Shown here piece by piece: positions 1 through 12,900 of a DNA stretch of 64,000 bases. This DNA is from Isurus oxyrinchus. Taxonomy: Eukaryota. The translations under genes were made by a program, and so were the position numbers. The stretch's first letter is position 1. Every line of letters starts with the position of its first letter. A model generated the notes under the pieces. It made no database searches. It was not told where the DNA came from and worked only from the letters and a program-made list of their open reading frames with translations. Location of the stretch: assembly GCA_026770705.1 (NCBI GenBank), contig JANJGN010000007.1, positions 96,658,001 through 96,722,000 on the forward strand, read 5' to 3'.

Positions 1-1200
1 CAGCCAGGACATTGGTGCCCCTCCAGTTTAGATGCAATCTGTCCTTCTTGTACAGGTCCCACTTACCCCAGAAAAGATCCCAATGATCCAGATACTGGGA
101 ACCCTCCCTTCTACACCATCTGTTCAGCCGTGGGTTTAGCTGCACTATCTTCCTTTTTCTAGCTTCACTGGCACAAGGAGTAATCCTGAGATTACAACCC
201 TAGATGTGCTGTTTTTTAACTTCCTGCCTAACTCCCTGATCTCTCACTGCAGGACTTTGTCACTCTTCCTGCCTGTCGTTAGTACCATTGTGTATCACGA
301 CCTCTGGCTTTTCTCCCTCCCCCTTCAGAATGTCCCGTGCCTGATCAGAGACATCTTGGACCCTGGCACGAGGGAGGCAACATACCATCCTTGTGTCTCT
401 TTCATGACCACAGAAGCGCCTATCTGAGCCCCTGATTATAGAGTCCCCTATGAAAATTGCTCTTCTTTGCTTTGACCCCCCCCCCCCACCTCTGCTGAAC
501 AACAGAGCCAGTTATAGTGCCACAGCTTTGGCTACTGCTGTTGTTTTCCCCTGATAGGCCATTCCCCCCCTTTTCCCCTGATAGGCCATCCCCCCCCCCC
601 CCCAACAGTATCCAAAACGGTATACATGTTAGAGAGAAGGACAGCCACAGGGGATTCCTGCACTGTCTGCCCCTTCTAGCGGTCAACCATCTATCGGTCT
701 GTACCCTGGGTGTGACCACATCTGCAAAGCTTCTGTCTATGATGCTTTCAGCCACCTGAATACTTCTAAGTGCATCCAACTGCTGCTCCAACCAATCCAT
801 GCTGTCTATGAGGAGCTGCAATTGGGTACACCTCCTGCAGATGTAGTTGTCCGGGCCACTTGAAGCATCACAAATTTCCCACATCCCACAGGTGAAGCAC
901 TTTGCCACAGCACCTGCCATTTCTGGAACTATTTAATAAATTAATTTAAATCTAATAACTGCTTATTGACTCCTTATTAACTATACGTTCCCTAGGGCTA
1001 AATTTCTACTTTTAACAGTAGATTCTAAGAATAGTAATCACCTGCTTCTGTTCTAGATACCCTCTACTTATTAATAAAGTGATTAATTTATTTGGTTTAA
1101 TTAGTTTAACAATGTTTTAGTTTCAATTTCAGCGTAGATTCCCTACTAGCCAATCAAGGCACAGATTTACCGTGATGCCACTTTTAAATTTTTTTTAAGA
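1..1200 (-). mobile_element. CR1 LINE 5' part (ORF1: Cys-rich N-terminus plus SGNH/GDSL esterase), frameshifted
   Basis: ORFs 420-920 (CFTCGMWE..CRRCTQLQLL) and 260-502 (IFIGDSIIRGSDRRFCG..VCCLPRARV); continues past the window edge. Confidence 0.9.
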
Positions 1201-2664
1201 CCCGAGGTCTACCCTTCGACTCTGGTCCCTGGGACTAGCTCACGAATCACCAGAGAGATTGGAGGAATAGAAAACCTGGTTACGGAAAAGGTATTAGTTC
1301 TAGCAAACAAGCAGAAAGATGACAAAATAATAAAAGAGCTAGGCTAAAACTTAAAAATGATGTATACAAATGGTATGCTTGTATTGTAATAAAACTGGAC
1401 ACACTAAACAAATTGCTGGTAATTAATTGGGACACTTATTGCAGTAGTAGGATTGCCTAAGGAATCTTCAGAAAAGTCTGTACCAGAAAAGGAAATACAT
1501 TTTGAAACTGTTGCAGTAGTGCAAGTGAAACGTCTTCCCTCGAAACCTTCTAGGAAGGGGAATATGGCTCAGGATAGTCAAAAGAATTTTTCCTTGACTA
1601 CTGCTAAAGAGGGTAAGGCTGCTGGAGATTCTGGGGAGGGTGTTTCCCTGGTCGGGCGGGCTTGGTGCGGGGGGACAGGGATGGTCGGGAAGCCAATCGC
1701 TGCCTGCGATCAGGGCCTCACCTTGATTTCACACTGGTGGGCCAATTAAGGCTCACTCAGCTCTGCCTGTGTGCGAGAGGGAGGAGGGCGAGTACGAACT
1801 TCACACATGCGCACGGGTACGGAGTTGCCTCAGGGAGATGGACATTTTAAAAAATAAAAAAGAAAGATTTCTAAAATATGATAAAACATGTCCCCTCATG
1901 TGACTCTGCCAGTTAATTTACAGTTTCCATCAGCTTGGTGTTAGCAGGAGGGATGGGATGACAAAGGCTGGGGTGGGAAGAGAAGAGATGGGATGGAACT
2001 GAATGATAGAGTGACAGGGAATGGGATGGAATGGAATTTCCTCTCGATGTCTCCTTCTTTCTGAAACCTTGGGAACAAATTCAGTTTTCAGGTGAATTTT
2101 CTTATTAATCTACTGGGTAAAGATTGTCTCAAATATGGCTGTAGCATGGCAATAAATATTACCCATTCCTTATTAGGCTTGTACTTAACCTTTTGAAGTC
2201 AATGATATTTGGTGTTGCAAATAGCTGGAAGTAGGAGATGGAAATGACAAAACATCATATCTGGGATCTGAATGAACAAGGAAAAACAACTGAATATCTC
2301 CTTAACCAAACAGATTGTAGTATTGTGAAATTTACGGCACAGTAATTGAGACAGAGAAGGAAGTGTTAGAGTGGAGGAATTCAATGTCAAATCAGGTACA
2401 GAAAGAGAAATAATGAGAAATGAAGAAAAGAGAGAGAAATAAAATAGTCGCAGGCAGAAAAGTTAAACTAATGAAAACCTTTTTCTAAATCTCCAGTAAC
2501 ATTTATAACCTGACTCTACACATCGTTGAAAAGTTAATTAGATTTGAAATGGCTTAAGTATCTTTGCTGAGTTCAGTTTGTATTGACAGTACAAGTACAG
2601 AAACTTCACGCTGGTCAGTGTATGTAAATATGAGGCAGACAGACAGACTCCGGTTTCCTAACGC

Positions 2665-3090
2665 TCCCTAGAGATTGGATAGACTTGTGTTGTTTTCGTT
2701 GGAGCAGAGAAGACTGAGGGGCGACCTGATCGAGGTGTACAAGATTGAGGGGTATGGACAGGGTGGATAGGGAGCAGCTGTTCCCCTTAGTTGAAGGGTC
2801 AGTCACAAGGGAACATAAGTTCAAGGTGAGAGGCAGGAGGTTTATGGGGTATGTGAGGAAAACCTTTTTTACCCAGAGGGTGATGACGGTCTGGAATGCG
2901 CTGCCTGGGAGGGTAGTGGAGGCGGGTTGCCTCACATCCTTTAAACAGTACCTGGAAGAGCACTTGACACGTCATAACATTCAACGTTATTGGTCAAGTG
3001 CTGGTAAATGGGATACGGTAGGTAGGCCAGGTGTTTCTCACGTGTCGGTGCAGATTCGATGGGCCGAAGGGCCTCTTCTGCGCTGAGTGA
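2665..3090 (+). mobile_element. CR1 LINE 3' end
   Basis: RLRGDLIEVYK-like start, FFTQRVMTVWNALP ORF2 C-terminus and 3' UTR. Confidence 0.9.
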
Positions 3091-3429
3091 TTGTAATTCT
3101 GTGATGTTTTATAGCAAGGATCAGTGATTCCCCATGAAATGGCATAGGTCAGGGGAAATAAAGTTTATCAATTAAATTTCTGGTTTAATTTAGCGTTAAC
3201 AGTTAGAACAGAGAAGTGTTTCTAATAAGTTAAGAAATGACTTGGACCGTTTTATCCTGGTAACTAAGGTTACTGTAATATAGCTGTCCAGATACCCTCA
3301 GTGCAATGGAGCTGTGGCAAACAGCTGATAATTGCTCAATTTTGGTAAATATATTACTATTGTACATGTACAAGCTCTGTTTGTTGCAGGTCATTTCAAC
3401 CAATAAATCGACGTGTTTTCTTTTGTATA

Positions 3430-3625
3430 GAAACGAAATACTGTGGATGCTGGAAATCTGAAATAAAAGCAAAAGTACTGGAAAGACTGAACAGATCTGG
3501 CAGCATCCGTGGAGAGAAAAACAGAGTTAAACAGAAGTTCGAACGTTATCTCTGTTTCTCTCTCCTCAGATGCTGCCAGACGTGCTCAGTTTTTCCAGCC
3601 TATTTTTTGGTTTTTTTTGCTTTCT
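3430..3625. mobile_element. Penelope-like pLTR fragments in inverted arrangement
   Basis: gatgctggaaatctg...tctggcagcatc / gatgctgccaga; same family as 47844-48688. Confidence 0.7.
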
Positions 3626-4449
3626 TCTCTGTTTAAAATACTAACTATTGTTGGGACGTACTTTGACGAACAACGACCTGTCAAGTAACGATCAACATCA
3701 AGTTTTGTAACTTTAAAAATGCAGACACCTTGAAAATGAATCTGCAGCCATTGTTATTCTATCATTAACAGAACAATCATTTAACCCTGGCGAAAAGTTT
3801 TGTTAACGCCCAAATTAGACAAGTTAACCATTTATTGTGGGTTTCCAGAATTTTTCTTTCCAATATCACGGCAAAAGAGCGGGAGAACGACTACATTAAT
3901 GAATTCCCATTTAGAACCTTCCGTTCAAAGGTGCAGAGTTTGGACTCTATTACTCCAACGAGAGACATTACGCGATTAATTGTGTTAACGTGCAGCCGAG
4001 TGAATTTGAATGCCTGATACCTAAGGAAACGTTCAAAGCGACTGTGATCGTTCTTCACATCTGCAATTGCAGAGCTAAACTATTTATTAGAGTTAAGCTG
4101 CTGCAGCAGAGCCTGTGAGTGCTGGCGGTGGTGAGATGGCTCCGGGCATGGTGCTACTGTGAATAGCATCTTTTTTTTTTCCCGAAGTTCACTGTAATTT
4201 AAATTCGCCCGGGTGTTAGTGCAAAACGGACTACCGAAATGTGTCTACTTTAAGCTACAGATCAATAAAAATTCGTGCCCGATGGTATCCAGGTAGTGCA
4301 TGGATTTGCGTGAATTTTAGTCAATTTACAACAGACATGCTGAAGAAACGTATTGGATAGTCAGTTCCTTTGTTCTTTTGAAAATTTAAATTAGTTGGTT
4401 TTGAAGTAAGAGATGTCATAAAACAGTGGCTTCGAACAATACATAACCT

Positions 4450-4665
4450 GGACATAGGACATGGCAGTTTACCATAGTCCGCGAAGGACCATAGACGCCT
4501 CTCTCCTTACTGGAGGGACAATTGATGATCTAGCTTGAGGAGTACCACTCCAAGAGTTAAAACATGAAGAAAGGCAAACCTCCATGAAATACCAAAGCCC
4601 ACTCAGGGACTGAGCCCACGTTGTTGGCTTCGGTCTGCATCACTGTCTGGCCAAGTGACCTAACC
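4450..4665 (-). mobile_element. Degenerate tRNA-derived SINE
   Basis: Degraded tRNA-like head at the right end (gggactgagccc...aagtgacctaacc). Confidence 0.4.
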
Positions 4666-5477
4666 AAAATGGCGAAAACAATAGATCGAGATGGAAGCAC
4701 ACTGTTCATATATTCGGAAACATCCATGCTCAATATGTTGCAACTCCCTCAAAGCTTTCTCAGTTCAATAGAACAAATAGAAGCAGGGTTGCCTCTGGCT
4801 AATATTGCAATGTTAGACAACAAAGTGTGGCAGGAAGCTTGCTTATGAATCTGTCAAATACTTCAGTTATTCCTTACCTTTTAACCTCTCTTTGATTCTA
4901 CGTTTAATCAGGTCTTGTCCCTCCTATGCACAAATCTCTACTCCCTACGACAACCCTCTGTAAGAATATAGGAATTGCGATACAAAAAGGCTCAATGTCC
5001 AGTTACTTTATGGTTCACTTCCTGTTAGTAGCATGGTACAATGATATCACTGACTAATCAGAACCACCACTTAACCTAGAACGTTGGAAAGCTATGCGAG
5101 CGATAGGTCCGAAAACAACTGCTTCTCCCAAGCATTTAAATCATGAAAACATTATGGATGGAAAAGAGAGCAATCAGTGGCCAATGTATGAATTGACGTT
5201 TAAGAAAGAGAACCAGTTAATTATAGGAAAGTTTAGGAGAACAACGAATGGAGGAAGACATGCAGGATTTGGTCTGGACTCTTTGGCATCGTGTTAAACG
5301 GGTGATAGCTTTTCACATCTATGAGAGAATGGCACATAATGGCAGGGAACATAATAGGGGAAAAACTCCATGTGCAGAATTGTACGTTCCCCCGCCAGCG
5401 GGGGTGGCCCTAATTCATTTTCAGATGACCTTCGGCCTCCCGACCTCGCCACAATTTTATGCTGAGATGGTGCTCCT

Positions 5478-5945
5478 CACCTGGAATTTGTGTCCCCTCG
5501 TGACTGAGCCTTCAACTAAGGGGAACAATTGCTCAATATCCACCCTGTCCATGCTCCTCATAATCTTGTACACCTCGATCAGGTAGCCCCTCAGTCTTCA
5601 CTGTTCCAACAAAAACAACCCACGCCTATCCAACCTCTCTTCATAACCTAAATGTTTCATCCTAGGCAACATCCTGGCGAATCTCCTCTGTAACCCCTCC
5701 AGTGCAATCACATCCTTCCTATAATGTGGCGACCAGAACTGCACACAGTACTCCAGCTGTGGCCTCACCAAGGTTCTATACAATTCCAACATGACCTCCC
5801 AACTTTTGTAATCTATGCCTCGATTGATAAAGGCAAGTGTCTCATATGGCTTTTTCACCACCCCACTAACATGCCCCTCTGTCTTCAGAGATCTATGAAC
5901 AGACACGCCAAGGTCCCTTTGTTCCTCAGAACTTCCTAGTGTCAT
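5478..5945 (-). mobile_element. CR1 LINE ORF2 fragment
   Basis: LYRTLVRPQLEYCVQFWSPHYRKD motif. Confidence 0.9.
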
Positions 5946-7059
5946 GCGCGCATTTTAAAGTTCTTTCTTGCTACAAAATGCATTGGCAGTGTGGGAAACG
6001 CTTAACTAATAAAAATGTGTCCACCTCAAACTTGTCACGGCGGGAAAACATTCGATTCAGCCAAGTCCAGATTTATAGTGTCACTTGTCATTTGACTTCA
6101 GTTTCTGCCCTTCAAAAAATCTGGTTCACTTGTGATAAATCGTGTCCTGGTCAAATAATCAGCGATTCAGCGATTGTGTAACATTAATTAAAAGCGCGGT
6201 CTCATTAAATACCTATTTACTATTTGGTTCCAAATCATAGTCCACCCTTCTCTCTATTTCGAAACAAAATACGAAATCTCATTTAAAGACTGCGTTCACT
6301 CCGTTATGAAGAATAATGTTAGTTTTGTTGAGGTTTCACTTTTGACATATTAGGAAATTTGCTTAAGATTTTCTAGTCATCCCTTTTCCAATTGAACATT
6401 GTAAAAGATCAGCCGTACAATTGTATTTTTATAAAGTTTTCTTATGTATTGCACCTGTCACTTGTGTAAGGCAGCGTTAGAACATTGTTTTCCAGATACA
6501 TTGCTGAGTTTTGTTGAATGTCACTGCCGGCTCCAATTAGGAGCCGCTTTGTTGAAATGCAACATCTGCTGATGGAGAAGACGACAGAAAATCCTTCTCA
6601 AGATTCTTGTATAATCTTCTCTTTTGCATAATTGCCATGAATTTGGTGGCTGCTACTGAACGTGATTGTTTTCTTAACCGTGGACGGATCCGTTTACCTA
6701 CAGCCTTTGGAGTTCGTTACACTCCATTGATCTCGGCCGTTTCCAGGTTCCAGTCTGACGTTGCAATTTTTTTTTCTCATATGGGTGAATTGCCTTTCTA
6801 CTTAACTTTCCGAATATTCTCCATGCACGACTCATCGGCATAGAATCCCCTGGAAATAATCGCTGGCATATGTTACTCCTATGTTTCATACATGCACGAC
6901 AAACAGCTAGAAAGCTGCTGATGTAGTATTTCAAGGGTTTATCGTTTGTCCGATCATAGAGTGGTTGATCAGTTCTTAAATGCTCTCAATATCGCGAAAC
7001 CGTGGGTGGGGGTGGTGGTGGGGGGGGGGGGGGGGGGGGGGGGGGTTGGGGTGGAGTGG

Positions 7060-9600
7060 GGGCAAGGAAAGTATCCATTGGGTTAGAGTTGAGAAGCGAA
7101 ATGGGTATATCGCGCCATTGGGGTATTCTATAGGTTTCCGAATATGTGAGAGACAGAGATGAGCAAATCTGCAGCAAAACCTCAGAGATGTGCAAGGACT
7201 ATAGTGTAGTGATATTGGGGGATCTTAATTACCCAAATATCGATTGGGATAATGTTAGAGGAAAGAGTAAGGAGGGGAGGAATTTTTATAACATGTTCAG
7301 GGGAACTGCTTTGATCAGTATGTTCTCGGCCTAATTAGAAAGCAATTGATTGATCTGGGGAATGAGGTGGGCCAAGTGAACCAAGTGCTTGCAGGGGAAC
7401 ACTTGGTTAGGAGTAGTCATCATATCATAATGATTAGAACAGAAATGGAGAAAAGTTAGAACAGAATAAAGTATAATGTCTGGAGTGGAAGAGGACTAAT
7501 TTCAATGCCACGGGAAGGGATCTAGCCAGCGTAAAATGTAACCAGAGACTCACAGGAAGAACTGTACGTGAACACTGGGTAATCTTTAAAGATGAGATGC
7601 TTCAGGTACAGACTAGCTACATTGCAATACGTGTGGAAATTAGGGGAATAAAACAAGGTACCTTGCTTAAGGACGGAGATAGCGATTACGGCGAAGGAAA
7701 GAAAGAGGCTATATGATGCATGTCAGGTGCATTTTTCAAGTGAGAATCAGGTTAAATGCAAAAGGTTGAGAGGAGCGGAGAAATGGAAAATACTGGCAAG
7801 GAAGGAATATGAGAATAGAACTGGAGTGAGCACAAAGGGGATTCTAAAAAATCTTCCACTGGTAAGTCAATAGTACGTGGATAGTAAGGGATGAAATGGG
7901 TCCTGTTCGGGACAAAATAGGCGCACGGTTAGGTTAGAATAATTAATAACTGCTTTCGTCACTGTTTACTTAGTAGGAGGACTCTTGTCACTGGAAGCAG
8001 AGATAATAGAAACAATGGATAGAATAAAAATTGAGAGGGAGGAGATACTGGAAAAGTTGTCTAGGCATAGATCACATCCGTCACCTGATCCCCCAGTTGC
8101 TCAAGGAAGTGGAGGGGGAGATAACGGATTTGCTGCCCTAATCTTCCAACCATTCCTAGATATGGTGGAGGCGACAGAGGATAGGAGAAGGGGAGATTTG
8201 GCATCCTCATTCAAGAAAACGTGTAAGCGCAGACCATGAAACTACATGCTAATTCGTTTAGCATCAATGGTGGGCATGTTTCAAGAAGCAATGATGAGGG
8301 AAAAAATCAACAGGCACTGAGCGAGGGAGGGGTGGCAGGGTTGGGAGGGCCGCTGGAGATAATTAAATACAGTCAGCACGGCAGATCATGTTTGACTGAT
8401 CTAATTGGATTTTTGATGAAGCCATAGAGAACGGGAATGCGCTAGAAGTTCGTTGTGCTGATTTTAAGGAGGCACTGCACAAATTACCACAACGAAGGCT
8501 GCTTGACAAAACTGAGGCGACTGCATTAGGAGGATCAGTGCACAAGCGGATAATATAATAGTTTAAGGGCTGGGAATGAGTTGTGGTAAATGCTTATTTT
8601 TCAGATTGGAAGATAGTAGTCAGCGGCGTTCTGCAATGGACAATGCTGGACCACAGTGTTTTACTATATGTAAATTACTTGCAAATTGGCATACAGAGCT
8701 AAATCTCAAAAAATGCCGATGATACCAAACTTGGAGGAATGGCAAACAGCTATGACAATAAGAAATATCTGCAACAGGAATTAGATAGGCAAACAGAATA
8801 GACAGGCAAGAGGCAGATGGAATTTACTATCGAGCAGTGTATGTGAAGCATTTAAGCATAAGGGCTAGGGAGAGGGAATATTTACTCAATGGCAGAGTTC
8901 TAAAGAACGTTTTGGGATAGAGGGGTCTGGGGGTTCATGTGCAACGATATTTGAATGTGGCAGGACATATGCAGAATGTGGTTTGTAAAACATTGGGGAT
9001 CGTGTCCTTCATAAACCGACGCATTGAGTACAATAACAAAGAAACATAACTTTACCATTGTGAAGTTCTGGTTAGGCCCCACTAGAGTATTGCATCCAGT
9101 TCCGATCATCACACGTTAGGAAGCATGTGAGGGTCATTGAGAGAGTGCAAAAGAGATTCACTAAAATGCCTGCAGAGATGGCGGATTTTAGTTAAAAGGT
9201 GCGGTTGGAAATGCTGCGGGTTGTTCTCTTTGCAGGAATGGAGATTGAGAGGAGATTTTTTTTATAGAAATGCACAAGATTTAGTTAAGGTAGACAAGGG
9301 GAAACTGTTCCCATTAGCTGATAGTGCAAGGAGCAGGCGACTTAGATTTGAAATTTTGGGGAAAATCTGCAGCAGAAGTTTGAGGAACAGTATTTCCATG
9401 CAGCGAATAGTTATGATTTGGAATTCGCAGCCTTTGAGGGTGTTGGAAGCGGAAACAATCGATGTTTTCACAAGGAAATTGACGGGAAGTTGAAGGAAAT
9501 AAATATGCTGGGCTGTGAGAATGAAGCGGGGCTGTAGGAGTGACTGGACTGCACTGAGCGGGGACAGGAACTCGACAGGCCGAATGGCCTTCTTGCCGCA
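7060..9600 (+). mobile_element. Old CR1 LINE ORF2 (endonuclease to 3' end), heavily degraded
   Basis: VILGDLNYPNIDW endonuclease motif, RT remnants, QRIVMIWNSQP C-terminus. Confidence 0.85.
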
Positions 9601-9870
9601 AAGAATTCGGTACCGGTGGATTGATGAACAAAACCAAGGTCTTCTGAGCTTCATAATACATAGCCGAAGATAGTACACCAAAGTTTAAATCTCAAGATAG
9701 AAACGTTCCAAAATCCTGCGCTAGTTCTCCTGATGTCCAGTCCAAACTCTGACAGGAGGCGCCAGAACTCGAGGGAAGCCACACAAACGGCGTATTAGCT
9801 AATGCGGTGCGGTTTCACAGCCTTTAGATTTAGGAGTCGCGGTTATACTTCATCAGTCATAGAAATAATC

Positions 9871-9985
9871 TCAATAAACCGTGCTTTCAAAATCATGACC
9901 TTCATATTCCCCTGAAGCTCTCTCGCCGCCAGGTTCTAACTTTCCACTGTGAACGCCGTTTTTTCTCGTCTCTTCGCCTCGACAC
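9871..9985 (-). CDS. Gene A candidate cytoplasmic exon (RCRGEETRKNGVHSGKLEPGGERASGEYEGHDFESTVY*)
   Basis: Acceptor atatttgaacag|G matches the phase-2 TM donor; hydrophilic, two tyrosines; the 6.6-kb intron is mostly LINE insertions. Confidence 0.5.
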
Positions 9986-12900
9986 CTGTTCAAATATAAT
10001 TCAAAAATCGGGAGAATCCGTCCCAAATGCCTTGTTTGGAAACCTTTAACAATTGTTTGACAGTAACCCAATTCCTTAGTTAATGTGGCAGCAAGTTCAT
10101 TGACAAAGTGGACGTAAGTGCTCAGGGGATCATAAGAAATAGGAGCAGGAGTGGTCAGTCGGCCCATTGAGCTTGTTCCGCTATTCAGTAAGATCATAGC
10201 TAATTTGATTGGGTCCTTAACTCGACTTTCCTGACCGCCACTTCCACCACTTCCATCTCCCCATCACAACTCTTGACTTCCTTGTGTATCAAAAACCTAT
10301 GCCACTCAACTTTGAATATACTCGATGATCCAGCCTCTACTGCTTTCGGGGAAGAGAATTCCTAGGCTCAACGACCCTCTAGGAGAAAAGATCCCTCCTC
10401 TGTCTGTTATAATTATTTTGATACTAAATTATTATTGAATTTTTATGTTATTTTTAAATCATGGTCTCTAGATTCTGATTACTGTAGCCACAGTTCAGTT
10501 TACTATAAATTCAGCATTCTTTATTTCAGCCTTGGCAACGGAGGACCGCCGACTGAGTGAAGACTTGCAGTTTGGTGAGAGGGGAGTCCGGTGAAGGGAG
10601 AGAACGAGTTTGTTTCATCTTTCTATCTTTCTCATTCCATAGAAATTGCTCCTACAGGGGAATGAGCTAGCTATTTGGTGAATATTTGGTAAGTTGGTAA
10701 GTTCTATTCTATCCTTAAGGTTTAAAATAGTACATAATTTGGTGGTAAATTTAATAAAATATATAAGGAAGCAACTTAAGTAAGTGATTAGTATAATTAA
10801 GTAATTGATTAAGACACATTAAGGATGGCAGGGCATGTGATGTGTCAAGACTGCAGCATGTGGGTGCTCCTGGATAACATTGTGATCCAGGACAAACAAG
10901 TCATCAGTTAATGTTTACAGCTCAAGGAACTTCGGCTCAGAGTCATTGAGTTTGAGGCTGAGCTACAGACTCTGTGATACATCAGAGCTGGAGACAGTTA
11001 CCTGTATGTTTTATACCAGGAGGTAGTCACACCACATAGATAGGGTATTCTGATTTTGTCCATGGTCAGGGACAGGAGGGTGTGACTACGAGTGAGGCAG
11101 ATGAGGCGACACAGAGGGCAGGAGTATGAGCCTGTGCAATTGTCCAACAGGTTTGAGGTTCTCCCACCTTGTTTGAAGGAGTGTGAGGGCTGCAGGGTGG
11201 GTGAGTGAACTGACCATGGCACCATGGTACAGGAAGCCAGCCAAGTTGGGAGGAGCAAAAAGGAATGGACTGGTAGTAGGGGACAGAACAGTATGGGGGA
11301 TTGACACTGTTCTCTGTAGCAAAGAGGGAGAGCCCAGATGGCTGTGTTGCCTGTCCAGTGCCAGGGTTGGGGCATCCACTCAGGGCTGGAGAGGAACTTG
11401 CAGTGGGAGGGCTAGAATCTAGAGGTTGTGGTCCTTATAGGTAGCAACGACATAGGCAGGATGAGGAGGGAGGCTCTACATAGCCAGTATGAGGAGCTCA
11501 GCACCAAATTAAGAAGCAGAACCTCAAAGGTAATTTCTGGATTATTACCTGGGCCACATGCAAATTGACATAGGGAAAATAAGATTAGAGAAATAACTAT
11601 GTGGCTCAAAGGCTGGTGTGGGAGAAATGGGTTCCATTTTGTGGAGCACTGGCACTAGTATTGGGGAATGTGGGATCTGTACTGTTGGGATGGCCTACAT
11701 CTGAACCCTGCTGGGGCTGATGTCCTTTTGGAGCCAACCAGACAGCAGTCTATACTTGAACTGGTATTGAGTAATAAGATAGGATTAATTGATGACTTCC
11801 TAGTGAAGGTACCCCTAAGTAGCAGCAATCATAATATGATTGAATTTTACACTCATTTTGAGTGAGAAACAAGGGTGTCCAAGACTATTGCTTTGAACCT
11901 AGACGAGGGCAATTATGAGGGCATGAAATCAGAGCTAGCTAAAGTGAACTGGCAAATGGTTCAGTGGCAGACATTTAAAGACATATTTCAGAATTCACAG
12001 AATATATGTATTCAAATTATAAAAAAAAACATTGCAAGGGGAGGGCCTGCCATCCGTGGCTAACTAAAAAAGTTAAAGACAGTATCAAACTTAAAGAAAA
12101 GGTATATAATTATGCAAAGACAGGTGGCAGGTCAGAAGATTGGGAAGAACACAAATAACAGCCAAGAATGACAAAAAAGATCAATAAGGAAGGAAAAAAT
12201 AGAATATGAGAGAAAGCTAGCTGGTAATATAAAGACAGGTAGTAAGAGTTTCTATATAAATTTAAATAAGAAAATAGTTCACAAAATGAATGTTGGCCCA
12301 AAGAGAGTCTAGGGAATTGATAATGGAAAACAGGGGGATGAATCAAACAGGTATTTTGCTTTGGTCTTCACTAGAGAGGGCACATCCTAGAAATAGTTGT
12401 AAATTAAGAAATGGAAGTGAGGGAGGAATTTGGAAAAATTACAAGCAGCAGGGAAGTGGCATTGAGTGAATTGTTGAGGCTGCAGGCTGACAGATCCCCA
12501 GGTCCGGATAGACTTCACCCTAAAATCTTGAAAGACGTGTCCTGTGAGAAAATTGATGCACTAGCTTTAACTTTGAAAAATTCCCTGGGTTTGGGGCAGG
12601 TTGATTAGATTTAAAAAATAGCAAATGTAACTTCTTTATTGAAAAAGTGAGATAGACTGGAATCAGGAAACTATAGGCTGGTTAGTCTAACATTTGTCAT
12701 AAAGAAAATATTAGAAGCTATTGTTAAAAATATTATAGCAGGGCACTTAGAAAAAAATCAAGTCAGTCATACAGAGTCGACCTGGTTTTGAAAAAGGTAC
12801 ATAATATTTAACCAATTTACTTTCTTTGAAGGAGTCACATGTGCTGTGTATAAAGGGGAACTGGTGGATGTACAAAACTTGGATTTCCAGAAGGCATTTG

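Noticed and set aside
7005-7062. Poly-G runs (also 16190-16255, 24540-24620, 47995-48028) giving poly-Pro/Gly ORFs
   Set aside because: Low-complexity tracts, mostly within or beside repeats; lengths are unreliable.
9749-9764. Second CTCF-like site downstream of gene A
   Set aside because: Three mismatches to the core consensus.
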